A DNA stretch of 64,000 nucleotides from Chloroflexota bacterium (lineage in GTDB: Bacteria; Chloroflexota; UBA11872; VXOZ01), in the NCBI GenBank assembly GCA_965221905.1, contig OZ244922.1, forward strand, positions 3,168,001 to 3,232,000, read 5' to 3'. The position numbers and the translations under genes are program-made. The notes beneath the pieces are model-generated. The model saw only the letters and a list, made by a program, of their open reading frames with translations. It had not been told where the DNA came from and did no database searches. Below, piece after piece: positions 33,372 through 43,583 of this stretch (position 1 is the first letter of the stretch; each line of letters starts with the position of its first letter).

Positions 33372-34280
33372 GTGAAACTTGTGCAATACTATGATGTCGA
33401 TCAGAGCATTCGTGTCGGCGTGGTGCAAAACGAGCAGGTCGTCGACATCACCGATCCGGCCCAAGACCTGACGACAACGCTTGATTTCGTTGACGAGGCC
33501 CGCCGGCAGCGGCGGTCGCTGGATGACGTAATCGCGGACCGGGTTGCCGAGGCGTCAGGCGGCGCGCACGCGTACGAAGAACTCCTGGAGCCGGGCGAAC
33601 CGAGGCTCACCATGCCCCTCTTCCCGCCGCAGGTCTGGGGCTGCGGCGTCACGTATCGCCGCAGTGCTGAGTTTCGCGATGGCGATATGGAAGGGCCGAT
33701 CGGAATTTACGATAAGGTGTACCGGTCGGATCGGCCGGAGATATTCTACAAAGGCGATACCCTGCACTGCGCGGGGCCGAATGAGCCAATCGGCATCCGC
33801 GTCGATTCCACGTTTACGGCGCCGGAACCGGAGCTGGCCTATGTGCTGGGCTACAATAACGAGATCATTGGGTATACGATCTGCGACGACGTTTCGGCCT
33901 GGGACATCGAGCGCGAGAATCCTCTCTACCTCCCGCAGTCCAAGATCTTCCTGGGGTGTACGGCCCTAGGGCCTACGCTGGTGACGGCCGGCGAACTCAC
34001 GGACCCGTATCACTTGGAGATTACGGCCCGCATTCGCCGCAACGGTGCAGTGATATTCGAGGGTTCGGCAAATACGGACCAGATTCGTCACCCCTTCGAG
34101 ACCCTTACCGCATATCTCGTTCGCAATAACCCGGTGCCGGTAGGCACGGTAGTGAGCACCGGCACGGGCATCATCGTGACCGAGGAAGCCGCATTGCGCG
34201 AGGGCGACGTTGTGGAGATCGAGATTGACGAAATCGGGCTGCTTTCCACACCTGTGCGCCAACTGACCGCTAAGGACTAG
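33372..34280 (+). CDS. Fumarylacetoacetate hydrolase family protein (2-keto-3-deoxy-pentonate dehydratase-like)
   Basis: WGCGVTY, RPEIFYK, PEPEL, DDVSAWDIERENPLYLPQSK, TGTG. Confidence 0.88.
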   Translation: MKLVQYYDVDQSIRVGVVQNEQVVDITDPAQDLTTTLDFVDEARRQRRSLDDVIADRVAEASGGAHAYEELLEPGEPRLTMPLFPPQVWGCGVTYRRSAEFRDGDMEGPIGIYDKVYRSDRPEIFYKGDTLHCAGPNEPIGIRVDSTFTAPEPELAYVLGYNNEIIGYTICDDVSAWDIERENPLYLPQSKIFLGCTALGPTLVTAGELTDPYHLEITARIRRNGAVIFEGSANTDQIRHPFETLTAYLVRNNPVPVGTVVSTGTGIIVTEEAALREGDVVEIEIDEIGLLSTPVRQLTAKD

Positions 34281-34454
34281 GCTTCTTCAGATCATCAAGA
34301 ATGAGCAGCCCCTGTTGCTGTGAAGACAGTTAATGGACCGGTCGTCATTCCCGCTTGTGCGGAATTGACGAGCTATTTTCCGCTGGCTGACACGAGCACA
34401 ACTGGGGTCAAGTGCGAGTGAGATAGCGATAGGCAGTTTAGAGCAAGTAACGTC

Positions 34455-35153
34455 ATGAGCACCACACTCGCACCGACGATCGGCACGTATCAGGAAAAAT
34501 CACTGCACGCGGCGCTCAAGGCTTGGTACGCCGCGCCCGGCGATAGAACGGAACAGCCCGTAGACGGCTACGTGGCGGACCTGGTACGCGGCGACGAACT
34601 CATCGAGATTCAGACTCGGAACTTCGGCGCGCTGAAGCGCAAGCTCGCCATCCTTCTGCAGAGTCACACGGTGCGCCTGGTGCATCCAATCCCCACGCAG
34701 AAGTGGATCGTGCGGCTGGACCGGGACGGGACAACCGTGCTCAGCCGCCGCCGCTCGCCGAAGCGCGGCAGTGTCTTCGACGTTTTCGACGAGCTTGTGA
34801 GCATTCCCCGCCTCGTCGCTAATCCGCAGTTCTCGCTGGAGGTATTGCTCGTTGAGGTTGAGGAAACGCGCTGCCACGACGGCCGCGGCAGTTGGCGGCG
34901 GCGCGGCTGGAGCATCCACGATCAGATTCTCGTCGGCGTAGAGTCGCAACACCGCTTCAGTGGTCCCGCAGACTTTGCCGCCCTCTTGCCCGCGACACTG
35001 CCGGAACCGTTTACGAGCAGCGAGCTTGCCGCCAGCCTTGGTCTGCGCCACGCAAAAGGCCAAAAGATCGCCTACTGCCTGCGCCACATGGGAGCCATCC
35101 ACATTGTCGGCAAGCAGGTTAACGCTTACCGATATGAGCGGTCATCCCTGTAG
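34455..35153 (+). CDS. Conserved hypothetical protein, putative PD-(D/E)xK nuclease fold with C-terminal HTH
   Basis: EKSLHAALK, ADLV...IEIQT. Confidence 0.6.
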   Translation: MSTTLAPTIGTYQEKSLHAALKAWYAAPGDRTEQPVDGYVADLVRGDELIEIQTRNFGALKRKLAILLQSHTVRLVHPIPTQKWIVRLDRDGTTVLSRRRSPKRGSVFDVFDELVSIPRLVANPQFSLEVLLVEVEETRCHDGRGSWRRRGWSIHDQILVGVESQHRFSGPADFAALLPATLPEPFTSSELAASLGLRHAKGQKIAYCLRHMGAIHIVGKQVNAYRYERSSL

Positions 35154-35207
35154 CCGCTATTCTAGGCAAAGTGCCGCGGCCAGGAATCGCAGAATACCAA
35201 AGTCACG

Positions 35208-35304
35208 CAGCAGCTACATCCACGTATGGGTGGATGTAGCTGCTGCTCGCGCCTGCAACACAAAAAGAGAAGGAAGGCTGCTTTCACGCGTGGCCTTCCT
35301 TCTC
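35208..35304. terminator. Two hairpins between convergent genes (probable terminators)
   Basis: gcagcagctacatccac/gtggatgtagctgctgc and aaaaagagaaggaaggc/gccttccttctct. Confidence 0.65.
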
Positions 35305-35331
35305 TATTGCTTTCTTTGTGAAGGTAGTCAG

Positions 35332-36399
35332 CTACCCCAGCGGGAACGTCACCGGCGCGGGCGAAATCTTGCCGGCCTTCTGAATGCCGACGGCGATTTC
35401 CAGCGCGTGGCGCGCCTCGTCGCCAGTGATGGCCGGCGGGCGGTTCTCGTGGATCGCCTGCACCATGTCTTCCACTTGAACCTTATGGCCGTTCCAACCT
35501 TTGACCGTGGGGTCGGCGGCAGCGGTCATGCGCGCGGAGTAGCCGGACTTCATCTCCTGCTCCTCCTCTTCTTCCCGGTCGCCCTGGATGCGCCAGGTTT
35601 CGACACCGGCGTTGGTCAGGCAGATGCTGCCCTTCTCGCCAAAGAAGTGGAAGTTGTGGTCGAGGCCGGGATAGGCCGACGTGGTGAAGACCATGTTACC
35701 GAACGCGCCGCTGGCAAAGCGCGTGTTCACCACGGCCAGGTCTTCCGTCTCGATATCGTGGGTAAAGGTGCCAATCTGGGCCGTCAGCGATTCCACGGGG
35801 CCCATGATCCACTGGAGCAGATCGATGCTGTGGATGCCTTGGTTCATGGAGGCGCCGCCGCCATCAAACTTGAACGTGCCGCGCCAACTGACCGGACCCC
35901 CGCCGGAAAAATACTCCGACGTGCGCAGCCAGTAGAGCTGCACGTCGGCGTAGAAGACGCGTCCCAAACGGCCGGAGGCAATGGTCTCTTTCACTTTGGC
36001 ATAGAGCGGATGGAGGCGCGATTGAAAGATCGCCGCCAGCTTTACGTTGTTCTCGCGGCATGCCGCGATGAGCGCGTCCGCCTTTTCAAGGGTTACGTCC
36101 AGCGGCTTCTCGCAAATCACGTGCTTGCCAGCTTCCGCGACTTGGATACCCAGTTCGGCGTGGGTGCCGGTGGGCGTGCAAATGTTGACCACTTGCACCG
36201 TATCGTCGGCCAGCAGCTCCGCCACGGAACCATAAGCCGTGACGTTATGCTTCCCCGCGAGGCCCACGGCGAATTGCGGCTCCATATCGGCGATGCCGAT
36301 CAACTGCGCACCCGCGGCGTCCTTGATCGCCTGCGTGTGGGAACCGGCTATGCCCCCGGCGCCAATCACGCCAAAGCCAATGTCCTGTTGTGTCGCCAT
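35332..36399 (-). CDS. Gfo/Idh/MocA oxidoreductase
   Basis: IGAGGIA, CEKP, DGGGASMNQGIHSID. Confidence 0.92.
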   Translation of the reverse strand: MATQQDIGFGVIGAGGIAGSHTQAIKDAAGAQLIGIADMEPQFAVGLAGKHNVTAYGSVAELLADDTVQVVNICTPTGTHAELGIQVAEAGKHVICEKPLDVTLEKADALIAACRENNVKLAAIFQSRLHPLYAKVKETIASGRLGRVFYADVQLYWLRTSEYFSGGGPVSWRGTFKFDGGGASMNQGIHSIDLLQWIMGPVESLTAQIGTFTHDIETEDLAVVNTRFASGAFGNMVFTTSAYPGLDHNFHFFGEKGSICLTNAGVETWRIQGDREEEEEQEMKSGYSARMTAAADPTVKGWNGHKVQVEDMVQAIHENRPPAITGDEARHALEIAVGIQKAGKISPAPVTFPLG

Positions 36400-36685
36400 C
36401 TCGTACCGTCCTCCTTCTGCTCGCTCACGTTTAGCATTCTTCGCCCCGCCCTCGCCATTATCGTCGGGCAAAGCTTGCACACTACATGCTATCCCTAACT
36501 CACCTCGACGTATCGTCCGGTGCTTCGATCCTTCGACAAGCTCAGCACATGCAAGCTAGGACACACAAGCCCAGCACAAATTGTCTCTTTCCCCTTGCCG
36601 TTCGCCCCCGTATCGAGGTACGGGGCAGGCTCTGAGCCTGTCGCAGGGCATCTCTACTCGCAAAGCCGCTAATGCAAAACATACA

Positions 36686-37987
36686 CTACGCCACTTCCGA
36701 ATGCTGTACGTCTACTGTCAGCGTACTATCGCGATGGGGACCGACACCCACCATGCAGATTCTAACGCCGCCGGCCAATTCGCTAATGCGTTCCAAGTAC
36801 GCCTGAGCGTTGGGTGGAAGCTCGTGCCACATGCGCGCGCCGGTGGTTGGCTCCTGCCAACCGGGCATTTCTTCATAAATGGGCCGCGCGCGGGCCATCA
36901 CCCGTGTGTCCGGCACCGTCTCGTGGCGTGTGCCGTCCACGTCATAGGCAACGCAGACCTTGAGCGTCGGTAGTTGGTCGAGCACGTCAATCTTGGTGAC
37001 GGCAATCGACGAGAAGCCGCAGAGTTCGGCGGCATAGCGCACGGCCACGGCATCGAACCAGCCGCAGCGGCGGGGCCGTCCGGTAGTAGCGCCGTATTCC
37101 TCGCCAACTTCCCGCAGGGTCTCGCCCATCTCGCCGGTAAGCTCCGTCGGCACCGGGCCTTCGCCGACCGCCGTGGTGTAGGCTTTCACCACACCGATGA
37201 TGTTCTTAATCTTATGCGGCGGCACACCTGCGCCGGTGGCACTGCCGCCAGCGATTGGCGACGAGGACGTGACGTATGGGTAGATGCCCCAATCAATATC
37301 ACGCAGCGCGCCAAGCTGGCCCTCCAGGAGAATTGTCCTATCCTCTTGCAACGCCCGCTGCACCATCGGATGGGTATTCCTAATGTACGGCGTAAGCTCT
37401 TTGCCCCACGCCACTAGCTGTTCGAGTATATCCGCATATGAAAGCGGATCGTGGTCGTATACTCGCGTGAGGAGGCGATTCTTAACCGCCAAAATGTGGC
37501 GCAAGTATTCGCGCAGGTGCGTCGCATCGGTAAGATCGCCAATGCGCAACCCCACGCGCGCCGCCTTGTCCGTATAGCAGGGCCCAATGCCGCGTTTGGT
37601 GGTGCCCTGCGCGTTCTTACCGCGCGCCTCTTCCTCCAAGCCGTCGAGCAGCACGTGATACGGCATCACCACCTGCGCCCGCTCCGATATGTGCACGCGG
37701 CTGGGCGGAGTCTCCACACCGGCGTCATTCAGCAACTTCATCTCTGTGAGGACTGACTGCGGATTGATAGCCATGCCGGCGCCGAGCACGTTATGCACGT
37801 GGGGGTAGAATACCCCACAGGGAAGGAGATGCAGCGCGAACTTGCCATGGTTGTTGACAACAGTATGGCCTGCGTTGTCCCCGCCCTGGTAGCGAATCAC
37901 CATGTGGGCCTGCGAAGCCAATACGTCTACTACGCGCCCCTTGCCCTCATCTCCCCACTGGGCTCCAACCACGGCTGTAACTGGCAT
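36686..37987 (-). CDS. purA: Adenylosuccinate synthetase
   Basis: GAQWGDEGKG, NAGHT, GTTKRGIGP, GATTGRPRRCGWFD. Confidence 0.97.
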   Translation of the reverse strand: MPVTAVVGAQWGDEGKGRVVDVLASQAHMVIRYQGGDNAGHTVVNNHGKFALHLLPCGVFYPHVHNVLGAGMAINPQSVLTEMKLLNDAGVETPPSRVHISERAQVVMPYHVLLDGLEEEARGKNAQGTTKRGIGPCYTDKAARVGLRIGDLTDATHLREYLRHILAVKNRLLTRVYDHDPLSYADILEQLVAWGKELTPYIRNTHPMVQRALQEDRTILLEGQLGALRDIDWGIYPYVTSSSPIAGGSATGAGVPPHKIKNIIGVVKAYTTAVGEGPVPTELTGEMGETLREVGEEYGATTGRPRRCGWFDAVAVRYAAELCGFSSIAVTKIDVLDQLPTLKVCVAYDVDGTRHETVPDTRVMARARPIYEEMPGWQEPTTGARMWHELPPNAQAYLERISELAGGVRICMVGVGPHRDSTLTVDVQHSEVA

Positions 37988-38151
37988 GGATGCCTCCCTC
38001 AACACAAGCTAAACCAAGCCCTCAGTCTAGCAGAAATACCGTACCCCGGCATCACCGGCGTGATGCGCCATTGCTCATGATACCCTATGCCCGCGCGCCG
38101 GACAAACCACGTGCATAGATCGGAGCACTTGGCCTCAAGAGTAATTGACAG

Positions 38152-38769
38152 TTAGTGTTTGTCCGTTGCCAATCTGTCTCCCGGACTTTCGTGCGTAGCA
38201 TCCAACGAGACAGCCAGCAGCAATCCGCCAATGAGCAAGAAAGCGCCCAGCGCCATTACGGGTATAGAAATCAAACCGAACTCGCGCACCCACATGGCGT
38301 TGCAGGGAGCTTCCGCGCTGCAGCTTGTCGCCTGTTGCAGGCTGGGCACTCGTTGCACCAGCGCATGGTAGAACGCGAGAGCCGCGCCGATGCCGGCCAG
38401 CGGCAGCGCGTACCAGCGCACGGCGCGATCATCGCGGAGAGCGCCGATGCCAAGGACGATGACCAGCGGATACATAGCGATGCGCTGCAGCCAACAGAGC
38501 GTGCAGGGCGGAAAGTGGGAAACCTCGGAGAGGTACAGGCTCCCGAGGGTCGCCACCAGGGACACGATCCACGCCAGGCCGAGCGCAGAATCTTGGACGT
38601 GGGCCCACAAACGCGCCGAGGGACTCAAGGGCAAAGAGGGCTCAGTTCGCGCCAGGAAATGCCACAATCCTACGACGGCAAGCAGCGCAACGACCGCATA
38701 GGCGAACAACGTAAGCAGCGCAAGAGCTTGGGGTACGGTCCACACGTCGTATGGCGCTCCTTCATCCAA
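38152..38769 (-). CDS. Disulfide bond formation protein, DsbB/BdbC family
   Basis: GSLYLSE..PCTLCWLQRIAMYP, second Cys pair, SIPVMAL. Confidence 0.9.
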   Translation of the reverse strand: MDEGAPYDVWTVPQALALLTLFAYAVVALLAVVGLWHFLARTEPSLPLSPSARLWAHVQDSALGLAWIVSLVATLGSLYLSEVSHFPPCTLCWLQRIAMYPLVIVLGIGALRDDRAVRWYALPLAGIGAALAFYHALVQRVPSLQQATSCSAEAPCNAMWVREFGLISIPVMALGAFLLIGGLLLAVSLDATHESPGDRLATDKH

Positions 38770-38848
38770 CCGGAGTACGTCACATTAGCCGCTTCCCGCC
38801 GCCAACCGCCGTGGCAGTCCTCAAAGGCTTCCAGCCGGATTCGGACTC

Positions 38849-40078
38849 TTATGTCGACACCATTGTCCGTTTTTCAACGGGGTGCACGGCCAAGCGGCCC
38901 ACGGGCGGCAGCGAGTCTCCAATTAGCGGCAGGGCATAGTCGCGGAATGATTCAGACGGCATGTTGCCGTCCTTATTGATGAAGGCGCGGGGTACACAAT
39001 TCTCGGCGTTGGCTACTGCCGCCAGAGGCGCTGTACCGGTCGTTGATTGGTAAGGATCGTTACTCGTGCGCTCCAGGGTGATCATGACGCCGCCGGCCCC
39101 GCCAATCGCCTCCTGCACTGCTGCCCGGCCGACCGTATAGGCCTCTTCGCGATCCACCGTGGAGGCAGCAACCATCGAAGACCGTTGCAAGGTGCCGGGT
39201 CGATTTGCCCGCGCCTTTATCCCCAACCGTTCCCGCACACGCCGCGCCAGGTAGTTGGCACTCCCCGCGACAATGATGTGGCCGAAGGAATCGGAGTTCA
39301 CGGTAGCCTCGGAGAGTCCCACAATCTCGCCCTCTGCCGTCTTCAACATCTCCGCCACCGCCACCGTGGCAAACCCAAATTTCACAAAACAGCGCGAGAC
39401 ATCATCGAGAAAGCGCTCTTCGCTAAACGGGACCTCAGGCAGATACACCAAGTGCGGGGGATCGATCTCGTCCGCTTTGCCCAAACAGCTCGCAGCGGTC
39501 AGCCATCCGGCATGACGCCCCATGCTCTCGTAGAGCGCGACCCTATCGTAGCCTGCCATTGCCTCGACATCCCGTCCCATGTCGCGCACTGACAAGGCGC
39601 AGTAGCGAGCGGCGCTGCCGTAGCCTGGGGAGTGGTCGGTGTACATAAGATCGTTGTCTATGGTCTTCGGCACGCCGATCACGCAGAGTTCGTAGCCCTC
39701 GCGCTCGGCCATGTCGGCGATGCGCTGGCTCGTATCCATTGAGTCATTGCCGCCGTTGTAGAGGAAATACCGGATGTTGTGGGCGCGAAACACCTCGAGG
39801 ATGCGCGTGTAGTCGTCCGGCCGCAGTTTGCGGCGGCAGGAACCCAAAGCGGCAGCCGGCGTATGCTTGATGCGCTCCAGCAGTTCCTCGCTCACCCCTC
39901 CCAAGTCCATCAAGTCTTCCTTCAACAAGCCTTCAACGCCGTGCCGCAAGCCATAGATATTCTCAATGGCAGCATGCTTGCCCGCCTCATGCAACACGCC
40001 CACCAGGGTTGCATTGATGACAGCGGTAGGCCCTCCCGATTGACCCACTGCCAAATTGCCGCGCAGAGTGGAAGGCAT
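38849..40078 (-). CDS. PfkA-family phosphofructokinase, probably PPi-dependent
   Basis: QSGGPT, GGNDS, PKTIDND, MGRHAGW. Confidence 0.9.
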   Translation of the reverse strand: MPSTLRGNLAVGQSGGPTAVINATLVGVLHEAGKHAAIENIYGLRHGVEGLLKEDLMDLGGVSEELLERIKHTPAAALGSCRRKLRPDDYTRILEVFRAHNIRYFLYNGGNDSMDTSQRIADMAEREGYELCVIGVPKTIDNDLMYTDHSPGYGSAARYCALSVRDMGRDVEAMAGYDRVALYESMGRHAGWLTAASCLGKADEIDPPHLVYLPEVPFSEERFLDDVSRCFVKFGFATVAVAEMLKTAEGEIVGLSEATVNSDSFGHIIVAGSANYLARRVRERLGIKARANRPGTLQRSSMVAASTVDREEAYTVGRAAVQEAIGGAGGVMITLERTSNDPYQSTTGTAPLAAVANAENCVPRAFINKDGNMPSESFRDYALPLIGDSLPPVGRLAVHPVEKRTMVST

Positions 40079-40102
40079 GGAAGATTTCTTACTCCTCTCG
40101 TA

Positions 40103-41143
40103 TCACGCAAGTGCGTACTTTGTCAACATATCGATATTTTGATCGCGATATCGAGGCAATCTGCCCAAGGCGTCGTCTGCGCTGATGCCGTGGTGAATAA
40201 TCTCACTGATAACCGTGCCCACTGCCAGAGGGTCATCCTGCCCAGGATAGAGCACGTTGCGTCCCACCATAGCCCCGCGCACGTTCGGACCGCCGCTCAA
40301 GCCGCGGGCAAACTCGCGAATCGTCGGTTCGGGATCATTATGCGACGCGCCGCCAAGCATCAAGAGCGGCATGGTCGTCGCCCGCACCACGCGCTCGTAG
40401 TCCTCACACACGGGAATCTTCAGCCACGTGCGCGCCGTATTGCCGCCCAAACCCGACAGCACGCCGATCTGCTTGAGCAGTTCGATGGGGTCCTTGACCG
40501 GTTGGTAACCGTTTTCCGTCCGCTTGACCGGCAGCGGCTCCAGGAAACTCGGCAGGCCCATCGCGCTCAGTTCGCTGACCGCCTCCGCTATATACATGAG
40601 AGTCTTGCCGGAACCCGGCTCATTTGGATCGAGACGCCACAGCACCTTGGCTCCATCCAGGTTCGCCTCGGCGATACCTTCGGCGGTGTAGGCGCTCATA
40701 TCGTCATCCATCTCGAAGACCGTGTTTGAAAGCCCGGAGCGGTTCATCGAACCCAGCAAGACCTTGCCATCCAAGAAGCTCGGTCCGCCGCCCTGCTTTA
40801 CGAGGTAATTGACGATGAAAACGTCGTCTAGAACGTCCGGTGTGGCCATGAGGCCGTCAACCAAGTCACCCATCAACGGCCGCAGCACGCGGCCCAAGTA
40901 CGTATGGCGGTCCGTCATTCCCAATGGGTCGGTGGGCGTGGCGGTGGACATGCGGGCGGGATGATCCGCCGCCAAGATGACGAGTTTGCCGTCCGGCGCT
41001 AACTGCCGGCGTCGCTTGCGCGAGCGCTGCTCCAAGGCCACGATTTCGGGCTTGTCCACCCGTACGTCAGTGATGCGCCAAAACACGTCTTCGGGGAAAA
41101 ATCGATCGAGATTAAATTCGTACGTACGCGACGCCTCTGCCAT
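40103..41143 (-). CDS. Class I aldolase-like TIM barrel (Cgl0159/LacD-like)
   Basis: ILAADHPAR, GSMNRSGL, WLKIP, LMLGG, GRNVLYP. Confidence 0.75.
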   Translation of the reverse strand: MAEASRTYEFNLDRFFPEDVFWRITDVRVDKPEIVALEQRSRKRRRQLAPDGKLVILAADHPARMSTATPTDPLGMTDRHTYLGRVLRPLMGDLVDGLMATPDVLDDVFIVNYLVKQGGGPSFLDGKVLLGSMNRSGLSNTVFEMDDDMSAYTAEGIAEANLDGAKVLWRLDPNEPGSGKTLMYIAEAVSELSAMGLPSFLEPLPVKRTENGYQPVKDPIELLKQIGVLSGLGGNTARTWLKIPVCEDYERVVRATTMPLLMLGGASHNDPEPTIREFARGLSGGPNVRGAMVGRNVLYPGQDDPLAVGTVISEIIHHGISADDALGRLPRYRDQNIDMLTKYALA

Positions 41144-41457
41144 GTAGTGCCTCCGGTGACAATCGTGCAGTGTGCATGCCCGCACTCCATCTTATACCAA
41201 TTCAATTTGCCTACGCTACACATTGCATATAGCGCAGCATTACCATTCGTCGTTACTCTGTGTACGGAAGGAAAACTCCCGTTCCAAATTCGGAGATTGG
41301 CAGAATGCCGGTTAGGTCAATTGCCAGGACAGTATGCGGCAATCATGGTTCGCGTGAATAACCGGCAAAGAAAGCATATCATGGTCTATTGGGTGCAAGT
41401 CCTCGATCAGCAAGGAACAGTGCCGGCCCATTTGTAAGGAATAAGAGAAAGTCCTAG

Positions 41458-41877
41458 ATGCCTGATAGCTCTAGTCCGCAGCCCCACGTGCCCGCTGAAA
41501 CCAAAGGACGGCACAAGACCATCGCCGTCGTTGCCGGGGAATGGCACCTGCGAGCACTCGTCCGCGCTGCCATTGAGAACAAGCGCACGAGCGTTGTCGA
41601 GGCGTCGTCTTTGCAAGCACTGAACGCGCTGGCCCACGACGAACGTCTTGCCCTTGTAATTCTGGATGCCGACCTCGCGCCTGACAACACGGTGCCTGAT
41701 TATGCCCCGCTCTTTTGTGACCCCGTGTTCGCGGCCATACCGCTAATCGTTCTCACCGACCGCACCGCGCGTGACGTTACGGCACTCACCGGCGCAAGTC
41801 AGCAGGTTCGCACGCTCTACAAGCACTTCAGCCCCTTCGAACTCCTAAACATCGTGTACACGCTCACGGGCTATTAA
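41458..41877 (+). CDS. Stand-alone, degenerate response-regulator receiver domain
   Basis: LVILDADL, IPLIVLT, KHFSPFEL; acidic pocket reads AGE. Confidence 0.65.
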   Translation: MPDSSSPQPHVPAETKGRHKTIAVVAGEWHLRALVRAAIENKRTSVVEASSLQALNALAHDERLALVILDADLAPDNTVPDYAPLFCDPVFAAIPLIVLTDRTARDVTALTGASQQVRTLYKHFSPFELLNIVYTLTGY

Positions 41878-42107
41878 ACTCCCGACTGGGGTTTAAGGCT
41901 GTTGGCAGTGCTTGTTCGCTACAACTGGAAGCTTCTTCGACATCCTAATCCCAAAAGTAGGAACTTGACTGTGCGGGCCGTTCCAATCTCGTTGCAGGCG
42001 AGACAGGGGTATGCCATGCTAGACGCACGAGCGGCATTGAGTCACTCGTGCTGGCGGAAGCAGTGACAGGGATAGTCCAGCGGCCTTTCACGTGCAAGGA
42101 ATAAGAC

Positions 42108-42992
42108 ATGCAGAACTTTCGCGTTACCGCAGTCTCGTTGCGCAGCCGACCGGCGTCGCCGCAGGAGAACCTCGACCATCACGCCGCCTGGGTTGCGCGC
42201 GCCAAGGCGGACGATCCCGATCTCATCTGCTTTCCTGAGCTCGGCCTGACCGGCTACTCCATCACTTCAGCCATTTGGGATTCATCCGAACCGGTGCCGG
42301 GGACTTCCACCCAGGCGCTCGTCGATCTGGCGCGCACGCACAACGTTATGCTGGCCGCCGGCATTGCCGAGAACGACCGCGACATCGTCTATAACACCTA
42401 CGTTATTGTCGGGCCGGACGGGTACATCGGCAAGTCGCGCAAGATCCACATCCCACCGGCGGAGGTGGGCTATTGGCGCGGCGGCGGCATTCCACCGGTG
42501 ATCGACATTGGCCCCGCCAAAGTCGGGGTCAACATTTGCTTCGACAACTGGCTGCCGGAGTCCGGCCGCATGGTAGCGCTCCAAGGCGCTGAGGTGATTC
42601 TCGCTCCGTACGTGTGGTCTGTCGGCGACTGGAGCGACCCGCCCGACCATGTCAGCCGCAACCGCGCGTGGAAAGACTACGCCGGGCGCACGTTTCCGGC
42701 ACGAGCCATCGATAACGGCGTCTTTCTCGTTGCCATTAATGCCTGCGGTCCCGCTCCCGACAGCGAAAGACCGTACTACGGCAATCCCATGGTCATGATC
42801 TACAATCCGCTGGGCCAACTGGTGGCGGCTTCACCGGACGAGGCCGGTGACGAGGTAATGGTCACCGCCGATCTCGACATGCAACTCCTCGCCGAGCGGC
42901 GTTCGCAGGGCGTATTCCATCCCCGCTTCCGGCGGCCGGAGCTTTACGGCCTCCTGGCGGAAGGCGACATCGGCCCGCAAGACCCGCGCTAA
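42108..42992 (+). CDS. Carbon-nitrogen hydrolase (nitrilase superfamily)
   Basis: FPE, RKIH, ICFD triad, RAIDN, RRPELY. Confidence 0.92.
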   Translation: MQNFRVTAVSLRSRPASPQENLDHHAAWVARAKADDPDLICFPELGLTGYSITSAIWDSSEPVPGTSTQALVDLARTHNVMLAAGIAENDRDIVYNTYVIVGPDGYIGKSRKIHIPPAEVGYWRGGGIPPVIDIGPAKVGVNICFDNWLPESGRMVALQGAEVILAPYVWSVGDWSDPPDHVSRNRAWKDYAGRTFPARAIDNGVFLVAINACGPAPDSERPYYGNPMVMIYNPLGQLVAASPDEAGDEVMVTADLDMQLLAERRSQGVFHPRFRRPELYGLLAEGDIGPQDPR

Positions 42993-43144
42993 CTGGGGCA
43001 GACTCTCCCCCCTCGCACGTGCGTGCGTGTGATCTCTTCTAACTCCGAGTAAAACATTCGCCGTTTCAAGCGGAGGCTAGCCTATTTGCAGTCAATCCTC
43101 CCGCTTGCGAACCATAGAAAGTACAACCACGGACAACACTCCCG

Positions 43145-43453
43145 GTAGCGTAGGTTTGTAACCTGCGCCCACATGGTGGGAGGCAGTCCCTGTGAGCGCC
43201 TGGCCCTCATTCTTTAACGCTACGATAGTTCCCCCTCACCCCGGCCCTCTCCCTCGATGGAGAGGGGGCAATACGCGGACGAGAAAAGTGAACACGTGGC
43301 ATTTCCTAATTGCGCGAAACTGCTTGGTGCAAGCTCCCGCGCTACGATCTCTTTCTTTCATGCAACTAAGAGGAGCGGGGGACAAGTCCCCGCGCTACAT
43401 TCCTCCTAGCAGTCCCAATGCCGCTCCAAGCGGGGGGTAAGCCCCCGCGCTAC
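43145..43453. repeat. REP cluster upstream of dop (GTAG/CTAC REPs and a CCCTCTCCC element)
   Basis: gtagcgtaggtttgtaacctgcgc; cccctcaccccggccctctccc..ggagagggg; three copies ending cccgcgctac at 43345, 43398, 43453. Confidence 0.75.
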
Positions 43454-43583
43454 GGTCCGTCTTGCAGCCCCTCGCGCGAGACCCTACGCAATTCACTTTA
43501 CACACCGGACACCCGCCTGCACCATCGTGGCGCACTGCGGCTTGCTATACTAGATTCCACAAGCGTAAAGGCAGGAATTATTC

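Noticed and set aside
34455-35153. Nuclease-like gene as a defence system
   Set aside because: Single gene among metabolic genes with no methylase, ATPase or other defence partner
43329-43453. Three similar ~25-bp repeats with 53-55 bp period resembling a mini CRISPR array
   Set aside because: Repeats are degenerate, end in CTAC like GTAG-type REPs, and no cas genes are present
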